From Lama guanicoe (Eukaryota): 64,000 nucleotides of DNA. The notes under the pieces are model-generated. The model was not told the DNA's origin and did not search any database. It saw nothing but the letters and a program-made list of their open reading frames with translations. Made by a program: the position numbers and the translations under genes. The DNA lies in assembly GCA_013239625.1 (NCBI GenBank), contig MU056550.1:310001-374000 (forward strand), in the 5' to 3' direction. Shown piece after piece: positions 23,040-36,304 of the stretch (its first letter is position 1; every line of letters begins with the position of its first letter).

Positions 23040-24985
23040 ATTTCTAGTTCTGATCATTCTGGAATGGTTTCTATCAGAATAGATTTCCTACAGAGAAGAA
23101 TTGTGAACTCTGGACAACTGTGAAGGTAACAATTTGAAGACACTGTAGAGTGAGTACCTCCAAATGGACAGATAATGGAGGATATGCTACCTTTAAGAGA
23201 AAGGAGGTTCACTGGATGAGATGCTCATTTCTCTGGCTTTTTCCAATGTCGCTCCCCAGTATAGGCTGGCTGGGACTTAGGCAGAGGGATTCAGTCTCAT
23301 TGGATGAGAGTTCAGCACTTCCAGAGTAGAAAGAGGTTGAAAGTATGAAGATGCCAGAGAGGGGCCCCTGAATCTGCATATACTCATCTCAAATCCTTGG
23401 GTGATCTTCGAAATGCACATGTGGACAGCAAATACCAGGGAGCCCCTCAAAAAACAATAGCTACAAGGCTAAAGGAACCGAACACAGATTATAGGGGAGA
23501 CAGAGTCTGCAGCTGAATATAATCGGATTAGAAATGCTTGGTGGATCCTTGAGCTTTCACTGGAATCCAAGAAGGGCCAAGCCATGGGAGTGGGGACTGT
23601 ATCACAGGGCCAGGGATTTACTCTAGGACTAAGAGCATAACTGAAACAAATTTGCTTTAATAATGTGTAAAACTAAGTTGCTAAAAATGAAATGTGATTA
23701 ATTAGTAAATTAACTATTTAATAGAATAAAAATCAACTCTCATCATGGAAAAAAACGCAGAATCCAGAGTCTACAACACATTCTATCAATGACCAGTAGA
23801 CAATTAAAATCGCTAGACACAAAGAAACAGAAAACATGGTCATTATTCAAAAGAAAAAACAGTCAGTAGAAACTGACTTCAAAATGACCTGGAGGTTGGA
23901 AGTAGCTGACAGGTCTTTAAAAAGAAGCCATTAAAATATATACTAGGACTAGATCATAATGATGAGCAGATGGGAGAAAAAAGATAAAAATAAGAACCAA
24001 ATGGAAATTCCAGAATTGAAAACTAAAATATCTGAAGCAAAAAAATTTATTAATGGGCTTAATAGCAAATTGGAGATGCCAGAAGAAAGGGTGAGTGAAA
24101 CTGAAGAAATTACCCAGTCTGAAGAATAGAAAAAAAAAAAAGAATAATTGAAATAAAATGAAACTTGAAAAAAAAAGAATAATTGAAATAAAATTAAACT
24201 TGCTTTCTGTGGCCTATGAGACAATATCAAGTGGCCTGTTGGATGTGTAATTGAAGTTCTAGAAGGAAGAGAGAGAGAAAATTGGGCAGAAAAAAATATA
24301 TGGAAAAAATGATGTCCTAGATGTCCACAGATTTTATGAAAACATAAACTTACAGATCTGGGAAACTCAGCGAACGCTGCAGCTGGGTAACTACAAAGAA
24401 AACTGCTATCTAGGCACATTATCATCAGACTACTGAGAACCAAAGAAAGGGAAAAAACTTGAAATCAGAGACAAAACCCACTTTACATACTGAGGAGAAC
24501 AATGATACCAATGAGAACTGACTTCTCATCAAAAGCAACGGGGATCCTGTGATGATGGAATGCCTTTTTTTTTTTTTTAACATCAACTCAAAATTCTAGA
24601 GCCAGTGAAAAACATCCTTTTCATGTAAAAACATGAAGGTAATACACAGTCATTTTCAGTTAAACCAAAGATGAGCAGATCTGCACGTCACAAAATGCTG
24701 AAGGAAGCTTTTCAAGATGAAGGCAAATGGCACCAGGTGGAAACTTGGATATAAAAGGAAGGATGAAGAGTGCTGGCAATGGTGAAATGTCAGGAAGTAT
24801 CTTTAAAAACCTAACAGTTTTCCTTCTTTGGGTGTTTTAAAAGACAAATGCCTGCTTCAAGGAAACAGCAGAGCCTTGTGTGGTAGGGTTCATAATGTAT
24901 GAACATGGGAAAAAATGACAACAGCACAAGGGATGAGGTGGGCAGGTGTAATTTTATTGTTGTAAGATGCTTACATCAAAAATAC
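23040..24985 (+). mobile_element. Old L1M 5'UTR/ORF1 remnant
   Basis: A-rich; aaccaaatggaaattccagaattgaaaa..ccagaagaaagggtgagtgaa..taggcacattatcatca..gacttctcatcaa; no intact ORF. Confidence 0.8.
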
Positions 24986-25214
24986 ACTTTGGGTACCCCA
25001 GGTGTGCTGGTGTCCCTGGTGCACAGACTGAGTGATGGCACCAGCACAGGGCAGGCAGCCCCAGCTGTGGGGAGAGACAGAGAAGAGGGTGGGGGGCCAA
25101 GAAGCCCCAGGAGCAGGGGCTGTTCAGGGCGGAAGAGGTCTTTGGGGTCCCTGAGACTAAAAGGCTCTGGGCAGGAGCCACATGGCCATAGAGAAAAGCA
25201 AAAGCTCTTGAGGT

Positions 25215-25390
25215 TTTAGAGCTGAAGGGAAACTTTGAGCCAATAATCTCTTCCCCTCCTTACATCTTACAGATGAAGAAACTGTGACCAGGAGTGGTGA
25301 ACCACCACCCTGCAGAGCATTGGCTACTTAGTAACTGCATTCAGGATTTGAACCCACGTCTTCAGGTCCTGAATTCTGCTCTCTTCCCCA
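25215..25390 (-). mobile_element. MIR SINE
   Basis: ttacagatgaagaaactg..caggatttgaaccca. Confidence 0.75.
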
Positions 25391-26218
25391 CACCTACTTC
25401 CTTAAGCCCCTCTAGGGCGCCCTGGGAGAGCTGACTTCCTGGCCAGGCACTTTAGAATCATCTATGGATCCTCCCAAGAGAGACTGCAGGACCGTTAATC
25501 TCTCTATGCTCCAGAGAGCAAATAACATGGTACCATTTACCGGAGGAAAGCATCCCCAGGATGCCTGATACAACTAAGAACCCAGCACGAAGCCTTTTAT
25601 CTTGTTTCCATCAGCATAACCTGCTTGGAACATGAAGTCAGGCTTCTCCCTGGTACCTTATCACTGAGACGATCGGTCATTTCAGTGGGGTGTGGGGAGC
25701 CGTGGTGTGCACACTCAGCTCAGCTGGGAGGATGCGGCTCAGCTAGCTGCCAGTCCTGTCTGTCAGCAGAGGAGAAGCTCTGGTCTTCAGGAGGGGAAAA
25801 TCCTACAGGTCCTTTTCACTCTGAGGAGGGCACCTTCTCAGCCTGCCTCACAACCTGGAGGTGAGGGAGGGAGCGTCACCCCCAGGCTGGGCTCTCTGCT
25901 TCCCACTTTCGGCCGTAGGTAGAAAAGGTGGTACAGTCAGAGGCAGGTAGAGGCTCCACTGAGCTTTTGCTTCCTTATATCTGGAATCTTCTCCCATCAC
26001 ATATAACACATATCTCATGTGAAATATGGATTTTTTTTCTTACTGTAAACAAATTGAAAGGACATTTATAATTTTGCTTTTGAAATTATCTGCTCACAAG
26101 TAACTAACTTAATTGAGTGTTGATCCAGCTTTCTCAGACATCCTCCTGAATACTGGGGAATTCTTGCATGGTGACAAAAGCTAATCTAGACATTGTTTTC
26201 AAATGTAAGGAAAGCTTT

Positions 26219-26454
26219 TTTTTTTTAATTTATTTTTATTGAAGTATAGTTGATTGACAATTTTGTGTTAGTTTCAGGAGTACAGCAAAGTGATTCAGTT
26301 TTATATATATATGTATATATATATTCTTTTTCAGGTTCTTTTCCATTATAGGTTATTATAAGATACTGAATTTAATTCCCTGTGCTACTCAGTAGGCCCT
26401 CGTTGTTTATCTATTTTATATATGGTAGCGTGTATGTGTTAATTCCAAACTCCT
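26219..26454 (-). mobile_element. 5'-truncated cetartiodactyl-type L1 3'UTR with TSD
   Basis: poly-T, then attgaagtatagttgatt..gtacagcaaagtgattcagtt; TSD aggaaa(g/c)cttt at 26208 and 26455. Confidence 0.85.
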
Positions 26455-27679
26455 AGGAAACCTTTAATACATTCTAAATTTAGCCACTGATGAAGTCAAC
26501 CTCCAAGTTCTGTAAGCTTTAAACACTTGATTAAATTTGATTTTGCAGTTTGCTTTTCATATTTTGGAGCCAATGATTCTTTTCCTTAAATATTTTCATA
26601 GACTCTAGGCTCTCCCCCATCACACCTAATGGATAAAATGACCTCATAGGCTGATGGAAAAAACCAGGACACCTGGGGCTCCCATTTCTGTTCTGCTGGT
26701 CACCCTGGGTGAGGGCCCGGCCCCTTCTGAGCCTTCCTTTCCTCAGTGGGACAGTGAGGAGCAGAGTGCAGCCAACACTCAGATGCCCTTTTTGGGAACA
26801 GGCTGAATGGCAGGTAGAGCCAATCCAGGTGAGTCTAGAGCTTTGACAGACAGAAGCTGGTGGCTGGATACCCCCTACATGGCAGGTGAGGGGTTAATCA
26901 GGCCGGAACCCAAGCCCAGAGCTGGGGCCTTGGTTGCCCTGAGCAACAGGTGCTTTTCTGTGCTGTGACTCACATGGATGTGGGCTTTGTGAGTGGGCTC
27001 CGGCCACACACAACTTCCTGCCTGTGACGCTGGCTTCTAATTCACAGTGAGCATCCTGAGTCACAGCCGGAACTTCTCCCGCCTCCCAGTGGAGGGGGCT
27101 GCCTCCAGCCTGTCTTTGGGCCAGTGCCCCAGGCAGGGACCTGCCTCCACTCCTAGGTGCTGGGACTGCATGGGAGCAGGCTCTGAGTGCAGCATCTCCG
27201 GGGATGGAGGAGGGGAACACGCTCGGAGTCTGCCAGAGCCAGAGCTTCCCTCAGACCCTTCTAGGCTTTTTTTAGGGGGGTGCAGGATGCAACCCCCACT
27301 GCTTAGCTCCTCACCACCAAACCCAGAAATCTCCACCCACCTCCCCCCGAAATCTCTACCACCCCATACACTCTATTTCCAGCCAGGCAGAACTTCTCAC
27401 CAATTCTCCAACATCTGCTTTCCTGTTCCTGGGCTGTTGTTGACTACTGTCCCTCCTGCTTTATTCTTCTGGGATCTGACTTTTGACTATGTCCTCTTCT
27501 CTGGGAAGACATGCTTTTTCTCTTTGCCCCCATAGCTCCACACTCAACCCTCTGTCCAGGCTGTATCTCCTGTCTTGCTGTAAACTTTGGCCCGCCCTGC
27601 CTTCTCTGCCTGGGAAGAGGTCTCTAGGAAGCTTCTGGGTGACAGACAGTGGGGTGCGTTGCTGTTCATCCAGACTTGC

Positions 27680-29175
27680 TGTCCTCCTTTGCCGGGCTGC
27701 ACAGCTGGACTACATTTCCCAGCTTCCCTTGCAGTTTGCATTGCCCTCATGATAGATTGTTCTCACCACTGGAAAGTGGTATGTGTGCACTTTCTGGGCT
27801 AAGGCTTTCTTTTTTTCATCAATGTTATTAAGGTATAATTTACATACAATGAAATGCACCATTTAAAAGCATACAGTTTGATGGATGCCCCCACTACCGG
27901 ATTGATGCAGACCGTCACCACCACAATCAAGTTATAGAACATTTCCATCATCCCAAAGGTTTTCTCCTGCACCTTTGCAGTAGACCCCTCCCACCCCCCA
28001 GTCAACCACGAATCTGCTTTCTGTTACTTTAGATTGGTTTGCATATTCTAAGATTGCATATAAATGGAATCGTACAGCATGAAATCATCTGGGCTGGCTA
28101 CTTTTGCTTAATTTAACGTAATGTTTTGAAATCCAACTATGTAGCATGGAGCAGTAGGTTTTTCTTTTCTTTCTTTCTTTCTTTTTTTTTATGCTGAGTA
28201 AGGTTCCATTGTATGAACCTGCCACAGCTTATTTACCCATTCACCTGCTGGTGGATGCCTGGTTTGCTTGTATTTTAGGGCTACTATGGGGCAAACTCTT
28301 ATGCATGTTTGTGTCCAGTCTGCAAGTGAACATGTATTTTCTATTGTCTTGGCTGCATGACTCGTAATGGACTCGCTGAGTCATAGGAGTTTGTGTTTAA
28401 CTACAAGACACCGACAAACTGTTTTCCTTAGTGGTTGTGGCATTCCTCCTTCAGCCACGTATGAGGGTTTCCGCTATCCCACACCCTCACCAACACTTGA
28501 TACTGTCAGTCCCTTTGATTTTAAACACCCTGGTGGGTGTGTCACAGTATCTCACTGTAGTTTTAATTTGCATTTCCTGGAGGACTAATGCTGCCAAGCG
28601 TCCTTTAACGTGCTTCTTGGTCATGTGCACATCTCCTCCTTATAAAAACTTTTGCCCACTAAAAAATGTCTTATTATTGAGTTCTAAAAGTTCCTTATAC
28701 AGTCTGGATATAGTCTTTGTCAGATATATGGATTACAAAAGTGATCTCTTTGTGATTTGTCTTTTCATTTTGTTGGTAGTGTCTTTTGAAATGAAGAAAA
28801 TTTTCATTTGAATGCAGCCCTATTCATTGGCTTGTCCATTTTTCCCTTTGACAGTTTATTCTTTTTGTGTCCTGTCTAAGAAATCTTTGTTTCAAGGTCG
28901 CTGGGTCAAAAACTTATAAAAAAAAAGATATGTCTTTCCTGCTTTCTTCTTCCTCTTCCCCTGGCTGGAAGCAGATGACACGAAGGGCCTTGGGGGATGG
29001 AGAAGCCAAAAGATGACAGGAGTTTGGGATCTGATCACTGCATGAAGTAGAGTTACCAGCCAGGACCACCTCCCTCGGACTAGGCACAGAAGGCAGAAAT
29101 GAATGTCTGTTGTGTTTACATCGTTAGCATTGTGGGTTTATTTTTTCATGGAGGGTCAGCCTGCCTGGAACTTAT
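27680..29175 (+). mobile_element. MLT1J-like LTR split by an L1
   Basis: gactacatttcccagcttcccttgcagtt.. / ..gggatggagaagcc..gaaatgaatgtctgttgtgttta. Confidence 0.65.
27808..28900 (-). mobile_element. L1M (MB/MC-like) 3' end
   Basis: ggtataatttacatacaat..tagaacatttccatcatccca..tataaatggaatc..ttttaatttgcatttcc. Confidence 0.85.
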
Positions 29176-29580
29176 ATTTCTCCAGCTGTGCAGGTACAGT
29201 GCTTAGACCAGTAATCCCCAACGGAGGTACTGCCGATGGTTAAAGGGCCGTCACCACTCAGCACTTCTCTCTGTTCCTAAACGTCCTCATTTACTTTCCC
29301 CAGATGATGAACAGGGAAGATCTGCCCATATCTTCACGGAAGTGTTAAGGTGTGGTACCTGAACATCAGAGAGCTGAGTGCGGTGGGGACAAGTCAGGTG
29401 CTGTGTTCCCCCACTCCCTTGTCCACTCAATGTGGAGATGCCTAGGCCTTCAGTCCACTGATGATCCTCTAGCTCACCGTCTAGTCCCCCATCCCATCAG
29501 TTCTCCCTCTAAGTCTGTGTGGCACTGGTTTTCGTCTCTGACTGTCTTCCAGCTCTGCCTTCTGTGCTGTTATCAAGTTT

Positions 29581-29614
29581 CTTAGATGGGTTTGCACCTT
29601 AGATGGGTTTGCAC
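29581..29614 (+). repeat. Perfect 17-bp tandem duplication
   Basis: cttagatgggtttgcac x2. Confidence 0.95.
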
Positions 29615-29674
29615 CCCACTGGACAGTGTGTTATTTATCACATGTTCTCATCAGGTCCACTCCAATCTCTTTCA

Positions 29675-31860
29675 TCTTTTATTTTATTTATTTGAAGTTG
29701 TTTTTATTAACTGTAGGATGTGAACAAAATATGTCTATGAACTATCAGTAAGGTGTGAAAAATATTGATACAATGAACAGCCATGTACCACCACCCAATA
29801 CAGGAGAAAAAGATTATAAATACCTTTGAAGTTCCTTCTTTTTTTTTTAATTAATTTTTTTTGCAAGGGGAGGTAATTAGGTTTTGCTTATTTACTTATT
29901 TTATTGATGGAGGCACTGGGGATTGAACCCAGGACCTTGTGCATGCTAGGCATTTATGCTCCTGAGCTATACCCTCCCCCTGAAATTCCCTCTTTAGGAT
30001 TATCACTTCCCATCCTCTTCCCTATCCTTGCAGGGGTAATTTACCATCCTGAGTTTTGTTTATCATTCTCCAGCTTTTCTTTACAATTTTCACCACATGC
30101 TTATATCTTTAAATTGTCATATGTGGTCGACACTTTCATCAGCAATATATGAGCTTAATGAGGAATAAGTTACATATCATAAAATTCAGCTATGGTGATG
30201 GTATAGTTCAATGATTTTTTTTTAATTTTGGGAATTTATAAAGCTTGGCAACCATCACCACATCCCGTTTTAGAATGCCTCCATCTCACTCCAAAGATTC
30301 CTTGTGCTCATTTGCTGTCATTGAAAAAAATATATTCTAGTCAGTATTTTCGAAATGTATCCCACCGTGATTTTAATTTGCATTTCCTGGTGAAAATCGA
30401 TATTGAGCGCTTTTCATGTCTTGGTGACTAGTCATCCATCTTCTTTTGTGGAATATCTTTTCAAGCCTTTCGCCCATTTTTAAAATTGTGTCACTTGTCT
30501 TTTTATTATTGGTTAGTAGTATTCTTTATATGTCCTGCATATGAGTCCCTTGTTAGATGTCTGCATCGTGAATATTTTTCTCAGTTTGCAGTCTGTTTAT
30601 TAACTTGGTTAATACTGTATTTTTAAAAGTGGGAATTTTAATTTCGATTAATTTGATTTGTTCATTTTTACTTTTATGATGATTATATGTACATATACTA
30701 TATCAGCATAGTTTGAGAAGGGTTTTAATCTCCTTAATCATGAGAAATATGGGTCTTCTAGTGTAATTCTTTTTTTTTAATAATACCTTTGCCAGTTTTT
30801 GGTGTCAGGGCTATTCTGGCTTCCTTAAGTGAGTTGGAAATAGTCCCTTCTCCTTGATTTTCTGAAAGAGTTTGCTTAATACTGTTACTGTTTTTTCCTT
30901 AAATGTTTGATAAACATTGTTGGTAAATCCATTTGGACTTGGAGTTTCTCTGTGGGAAAGTTTTTGATTATAAGCTAATATTGATTTAATATACATAGGG
31001 TTTTTTAGATTTGTGCTTTCATGTTATGTTAGTTTTGGTGAGTTATCTTTTTCAAGGAGCTTGTCTATTTCACCTAAGTTATCAATTTATTGGCATGAAG
31101 TTGTTCATATCATTCCCTGATGTTCTTTTAATAGATGTAGACTCTGTGGTGATAGCCCTACTTTAATGCCTGATATTTGTAATATGTGTTTTCTCTCCTC
31201 TTTTTTTTTTAAATCAGTCCTCTCTGGGAAGCTGTCAATTTTATTAACCTTTTCCAAGAAACAACTTTGACTCTGCTGATTTTCACTGCTGTCTGTCCAA
31301 TTTTTATATCATTGATTTTCTCTCTTTCCCTTGCTTCCTGTTTTCTGCTTACATTGAGTTTCATTGGCTCTTTTTTTTTAACATCTATAGAAGCTTAGAT
31401 CATTGATTCTGTGCCTTTTTTCTTTATTAATATAGGCACTTAAAAATCTAACCCTCTTTCTAACCCCCGCTTTAGCTGTATCCCCTCAATTTTGATGAGT
31501 TTTGCTTTCATTATCACTCAGTTTGAAATATTTCCCAATTTCCTTTGTTATTTCTTCATTGAGCTGTAGGTTATTTAAAGGTGTTTTGTTTAATTTACTG
31601 AGATTTGGTGGTTTTCTAGGTGGCTTACTGTCACTACTTTCACATTCAATTTGATCATATCAGAGAATAAACTTTTATGATTTCAATCTTTAAAAGAATT
31701 TTTGGAAACATGCTTTATGGCTGAGTATAGGGCTTGTCTTGTTGAATATTCCTTGTATACTTGAAAAGAATGTGAATTCTGTTGTTAGGTGGCATGACTG
31801 CTAAATGTCAGTGAGGTCAAGTTGGTGGACAGTATTGTTCAAATCTGTGTTCTTACAGGT
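29675..31860 (-). mobile_element. Old L1M fragments (3'UTR and ORF2 remnants)
   Basis: ttttaatttgcatttcc..ggttttggtgtcagg..tgagttggaa..tttctgaaagagtttg..acttgaaaagaatgtg. Confidence 0.8.
29841..29980 (-). mobile_element. tRNA-Ala-derived SINE (vic-1-like) with TSD
   Basis: ggggaggtaattagg..ggcactggggattgaacccaggaccttgtgcatgct; TSD tgaa(g/a)ttcc(t/c)tctt at 29827 and 29981. Confidence 0.9.
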
Positions 31861-32409
31861 ATGATGATTGTGAGGATGGATTAGGAGGACATGCTCTGTT
31901 TTGAGGGGAATTAGCTGATGAGGATTTATTTGCAGGGAACTGAGTTTTGGTGTAAGACTCTTAGTCAAGAACCATATAGGTAACAATCATAGTCTATCTA
32001 AACCAACAGATGAACAGAGTGCCTTGGCTAAGATTGCTCGATTTGCTTAATTTGCCAGTTGCTGTGGGCCTATAGTGTGTCTAAATCCTATCTCTGGGGA
32101 GCTCAAGGAGAGAGGGTAAGCTTTCATCAGGAGGCAAGATAGTGCCCTGGGATTAAGCATATGCCGTGCCCCCTTCCTTTAGAACTGAGCATGCTCAGTG
32201 AGGCAGGGTTGCTCTGGCGCCTTAGATGAGGGACTTGATTGACTTGGTACTGAGCATGCTCAGTGGACGGTTCCCCTGGGGACGGAGCTCGCATGCTCTT
32301 TTTAACTGTTCAGCTCTAATATTTGCTGTTCTTGTCCTGTGTGACTGTTGGAGCCCAGGAGTTGTTAAACCTCAAAAAGGCAGAGTTTATTTAGAGTTTT
32401 CAAAACCAA

Positions 32410-32535
32410 GCATTCTTTGTTCAGATGGGGAACATTGAAGCCCAGAGAATGACAGGGAATTGATCAAGGTCACACCATAAGTTGGTGCCAATGTAGGAAT
32501 AAGTATTCAGATCGCTTGTCTTCTCTTCAGAACTT
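32410..32535 (-). mobile_element. MIR SINE
   Basis: cagatggggaacattgaagcccagaga..caaggtcacac. Confidence 0.75.
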
Positions 32536-33399
32536 GGTGTATTACAATATTTCAGCTGTGGGCTGGGATCTGAGACAACCCAGGATAGCTGATTTTCTGT
32601 GGGTGTTCTAACAAAGAGGACCAAGATGCAGAGTTTTCCTCTGGCTTCACTTTTCAAGAAACCTCTTTCACTTTTCCCCCAGAGCAGGTGGGAGGGAGGA
32701 GAATGGCCATGGCCATCTTGCTGTTCTTGGCAGTGCTGTAACCCCCATGAATTGTTTCCCCTCAGGACTGATTTATTCGGGGCTGAGGTCACAGTCTGTG
32801 AACAGGAGCAGAGGGAAATGCTGCCCAGAGATTTGTGGCTTAATTGCCCCGAGCAATTGGGAAGGCGAGGAGGAGAGGAGAATCCTTTAGGGGGAACGGG
32901 TAATTGTTTATGTACAGAAATCATATTGCGCTTGTTGCAAAATGTTGGCAAACTGTCATGTATCAGCGGGTGAGCGTGCATACGTGCATGTGTTAGTTAC
33001 AGCAATTTACTTAGCCTATCTCTCAATCTGTTGGAAAAATGGTGTTGCCATGAGGGCCTGACAGTTTGTTTTTTCTGCTTAAGCAAAACATAAATTATCT
33101 GGCCCATTAATATCTGGGTGCTTTAATCCGCTATTAGAGGGAAAAAGTAAAAATCCTGCATCAAGATGAATGTTTGCTTTTAAGGTGATTAATAATATAC
33201 GGGCCCTGACACATTCATCACTCTGCCAGTGGCCTCAGCCAGGAAAGAGGGAAGGAAACAGACCGGGAATGTCATGGATCTGCTGCTCAGTGCCTCACCC
33301 AAATGACCCTTTCCGCCACCTCCCTTCCTCCAGAGCTTTCACTAGCTCCCTATTGCCTTTATCATAAAAGCCAAGCTTCCATCTTTCAGGGAACTGGCC

Positions 33400-33700
33400 C
33401 CATCCTACCTGCCTACCTGGAGAACCTACTGTGTGCTTAGCCCTGCACTGTGGGGGAGACAGGAGAAGGAGGGGAAGTGTCTCTGTTCTCAGAAATTTTT
33501 CTGTGCATTAAGAGAGAAAAGAACAGCTAACAGAGAGGAATCAGTACCCTCACGGGAGAGTGAGGAGTCTGGTGTTAGATTGGCAGGGACAGACTGCAAG
33601 GACTGTCAGAGCTGAGAGGAAAAAGTTGACATGCTGGGCTGGGTGGTTAGAGAATGCTTCCTGGAGGAGGTGGGCTACAGCTGGGCCTTGGGAAATGAGA
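33400..33700 (-). mobile_element. L2 fragment
   Basis: acctactgtgtgc..ggggagacag..gcttcctggaggaggtg. Confidence 0.65.
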
Positions 33701-33759
33701 AACCTGTAGATAATCACAGTCATGGATACTGGTTATTGAACAGTTAACATCATGCTTGG

Positions 33760-33950
33760 AGCTTTTTGTATATGCTTGCTTCTCCATCTCATAGCCCGGT
33801 AAGGTAATGACTAACCTCTTTTTGTGGATAAGAAAATTGAGGCTCAGAAAGGCAAAGGCACCTCCCTGGCATTGCACAGTGAGGGAGGGGCAGAGCCAGG
33901 AGGAGCACTCTATGCCGGGAGACTCTAAAGGCTGTGAGTCTGAATCCAGT
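33760..33950 (-). mobile_element. MIR SINE
   Basis: ggataagaaaattgaggctcagaaagg..gcagagccagg. Confidence 0.7.
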
Positions 33951-34229
33951 GCTGTTCATCCCATTCTTAGCAGGAAGAAACCCTGAAGAGCGGAGAACCT
34001 GGGTGGAGTACGGTACGTGGGTGTGTGTGGGCAGTACCATGTGGGCAGAGGCTGGCAGTAAGACCCCTGTCGGGGTGGGGCATGTCACGGGACAGCCTGG
34101 ATGCCAGGCAGAAGGGACATTACCTGGTGCCATGAAACACAGGCTGCTGTCCCACCTTGGACCTTGGGCTATCAAGCACCACTGTGTCCTTTGGGTGTTG
34201 GGCTTCCTCCTTCCATTTTGGGAAGAAGA

Positions 34230-34600
34230 TGCTCAGGAGTCCATTTCTCCCCTTTCTCTGCTCAGCTCAGCCTCATCATCTCGCAGTCGGAAACTGTGGC
34301 AGCCCCCAGGCTCACTGCCTCAGGTGACGTCTGTCCACAGTGGCCACCAGCATGATCTTTGTAAAGCACAGACTTGGCTGCGGGGCAGCCGCTGTTCCCA
34401 GTGCGCCGACAGCCCCTGCTTTCCACAGCGAGAAGCCCGGCTCCTCAGCCTGGTCCTGCCTCCCTCCTGCGCTTTTGCGCTCTCTCCTGCTTCCTCTCTC
34501 TGCGAGGTGCTCCCCTCCCCCTTTTTTGCGATGGGAGAACTTCTATCATCCCTGGAGGCTCTCATTCCAAATGTGCTTCCTCCGGGAAGCCCTCCCGGTG
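34230..34600 (+). mobile_element. L2 fragment
   Basis: atgatctttgtaaagcacaga..ctcctcagcctgg..gcttttgc..aaatgt..cctccgggaagccctcc. Confidence 0.55.
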
Positions 34601-35949
34601 GGCAGAAGGAATCACTCTCTGAGATCTCAAAGGACTTCCATCCTTTCCAGCTGGCCAGAAACCTAGTCCTTCTTCCGACTTCTTGTTTGTCATCTCTCCC
34701 AGTCCTGGAGGGAGTGGAGCGAGGCAGGAGCAGGTCCGGTGGTCGGGTTCATGTGGGTGGCAGCCTGAAGGTAGACCTGGAGCTATGGCCAGTTCTGCCA
34801 GCAGCATTTTATCCAGCGATCCCACAAGAACTTAGAGTGTCCATTTAGTGTTAGACTCCAGGCTGGGCACTCAGGACACCGAGATGAGTGAGAGAGACAT
34901 GGGCCCTGCCATCCTGGGCTGACAGTCCAGCAGAGGGACAGACCTTCGGCAAATAACGGCTGCCCTGCTTGGGAAATTGTCTGAGCTGCGTCTGAGCTGA
35001 GCAGAAGGATGCTGGGAACAGGTGTTGGCCAACCCAGGGTGTCTCTCTGTGCCCCCATGATGCCAGTGTGAGATGTAGGTGAGTGTCCAGGTGGAAAGGA
35101 GCCACAGGCTGTGGGTGTCTGGTTGAAGACGGACCTGGAAAGCCGCACTGTTCCTGTTTCAGCCTCGGTCTGGAGACGCCATTCCTCATTTTTTCTGTTT
35201 TAATTAAGCTGCGTTATTTCTGGGGGTAGAGTTGTTCCTGCCCGAATCTGGCATACCTCTTTTTGCAGGATGCTGTCTCTACTGGTCTCAAAGGTTCCCC
35301 AGGTTGTGAGTTGTTCCAAGAAGAGGTCTGGGAGTCACTGTCTGTGAATTGATACTCAGAGGCTTCTGTGTTGAGAAACAGACACTGTTTATTATGGCTA
35401 GATCTGCAGATGGCATTTTTTTATTTCTCAGGGAGTTCATTTTAGGCTCTGCTAAGATCTAAATGAACTGGTTCCAGCGCTTGGACTTCCTTCTGCCTCT
35501 GCCGGGGCGAGGTCCAGCAGGTGAGAAAGGTGCCCATGTGTTCTGCTCAGGAGGGGATGATGACAAAGCTGCGTGTGGGGAATGGAAAAAGGCTCATCAC
35601 TCGGGGTCTTGGGCAAGACCTTTGCCCCTGGGATGGGAGAGTGTCACTCTGCTGTGGGGATCACTTTTGGGGCCTCTGAGCAGAAAGAGGGGATAATAAG
35701 GAGGTTTCCACCTGGGTTTATGGGAAGGCTTCATTCAAGAGGTGGCATGACCTAGTTTGAAGATCAAAAACCATTTCCATGGCTGGGGGGAGATTCTATC
35801 TGGAGTGACTGAGATGAGCTGATGTGAGGGTTGGAAGTATTAAGGGCAGGATCACTGGGTGTGGGGGGGCAAAGGGAATAGTCAGGGTACAGGTAGGGGC
35901 CCCCAACATAGAGGCTTTGGATATAATATAAGGGGTTTGTAACTTTCCA

Positions 35950-36200
35950 TCATTTTTTTTATTTTAATTTTTTGAATTATGAAGGCAATGCATGTTTATT
36001 ATAGAAAAAGTTGAAATTTCATAAACAAAGAAGTAGAAATCAGTAACCCGTTATTTTGCCATCCAGAAGCAACTTTTGTTTTTAGCATTTTGTTTCCTTT
36101 GTCTTTTATTGCTACAGATTTTTCACATTCTTGAATTCATATTATGTATATAATTTTATATCTTCTTTTAATACTACTGAAATGTCCCATACCTTCTTCC
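35950..36200 (-). mobile_element. Old L1ME 3' fragment
   Basis: aatgcatgtttattatagaaaa..catccagaagcaac..tagcatttt. Confidence 0.5.
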
Positions 36201-36304
36201 ACATTATTGATAATTTAAACTGCTTTCTTTCCAATTATGTGCCCTCTGGAGATGCCCTCAGTGCCTGGTTTTCCTCTATGTACTGCTTTATTCTCTTAGA
36301 CAAG

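Noticed and set aside
23040-24985. Possible intact L1 ORF1 (likewise ORF2 endonuclease at 50700-51380)
   Set aside because: Multiple stops and frameshifts; these are fossil elements.
33934-34848. Longest ORF (304 aa)
   Set aside because: GTG start, no recognisable domain, L/S/P/G-rich composition typical of non-coding GC-rich DNA, and it runs through an L2 remnant. It would need PhyloCSF or Ribo-seq support.
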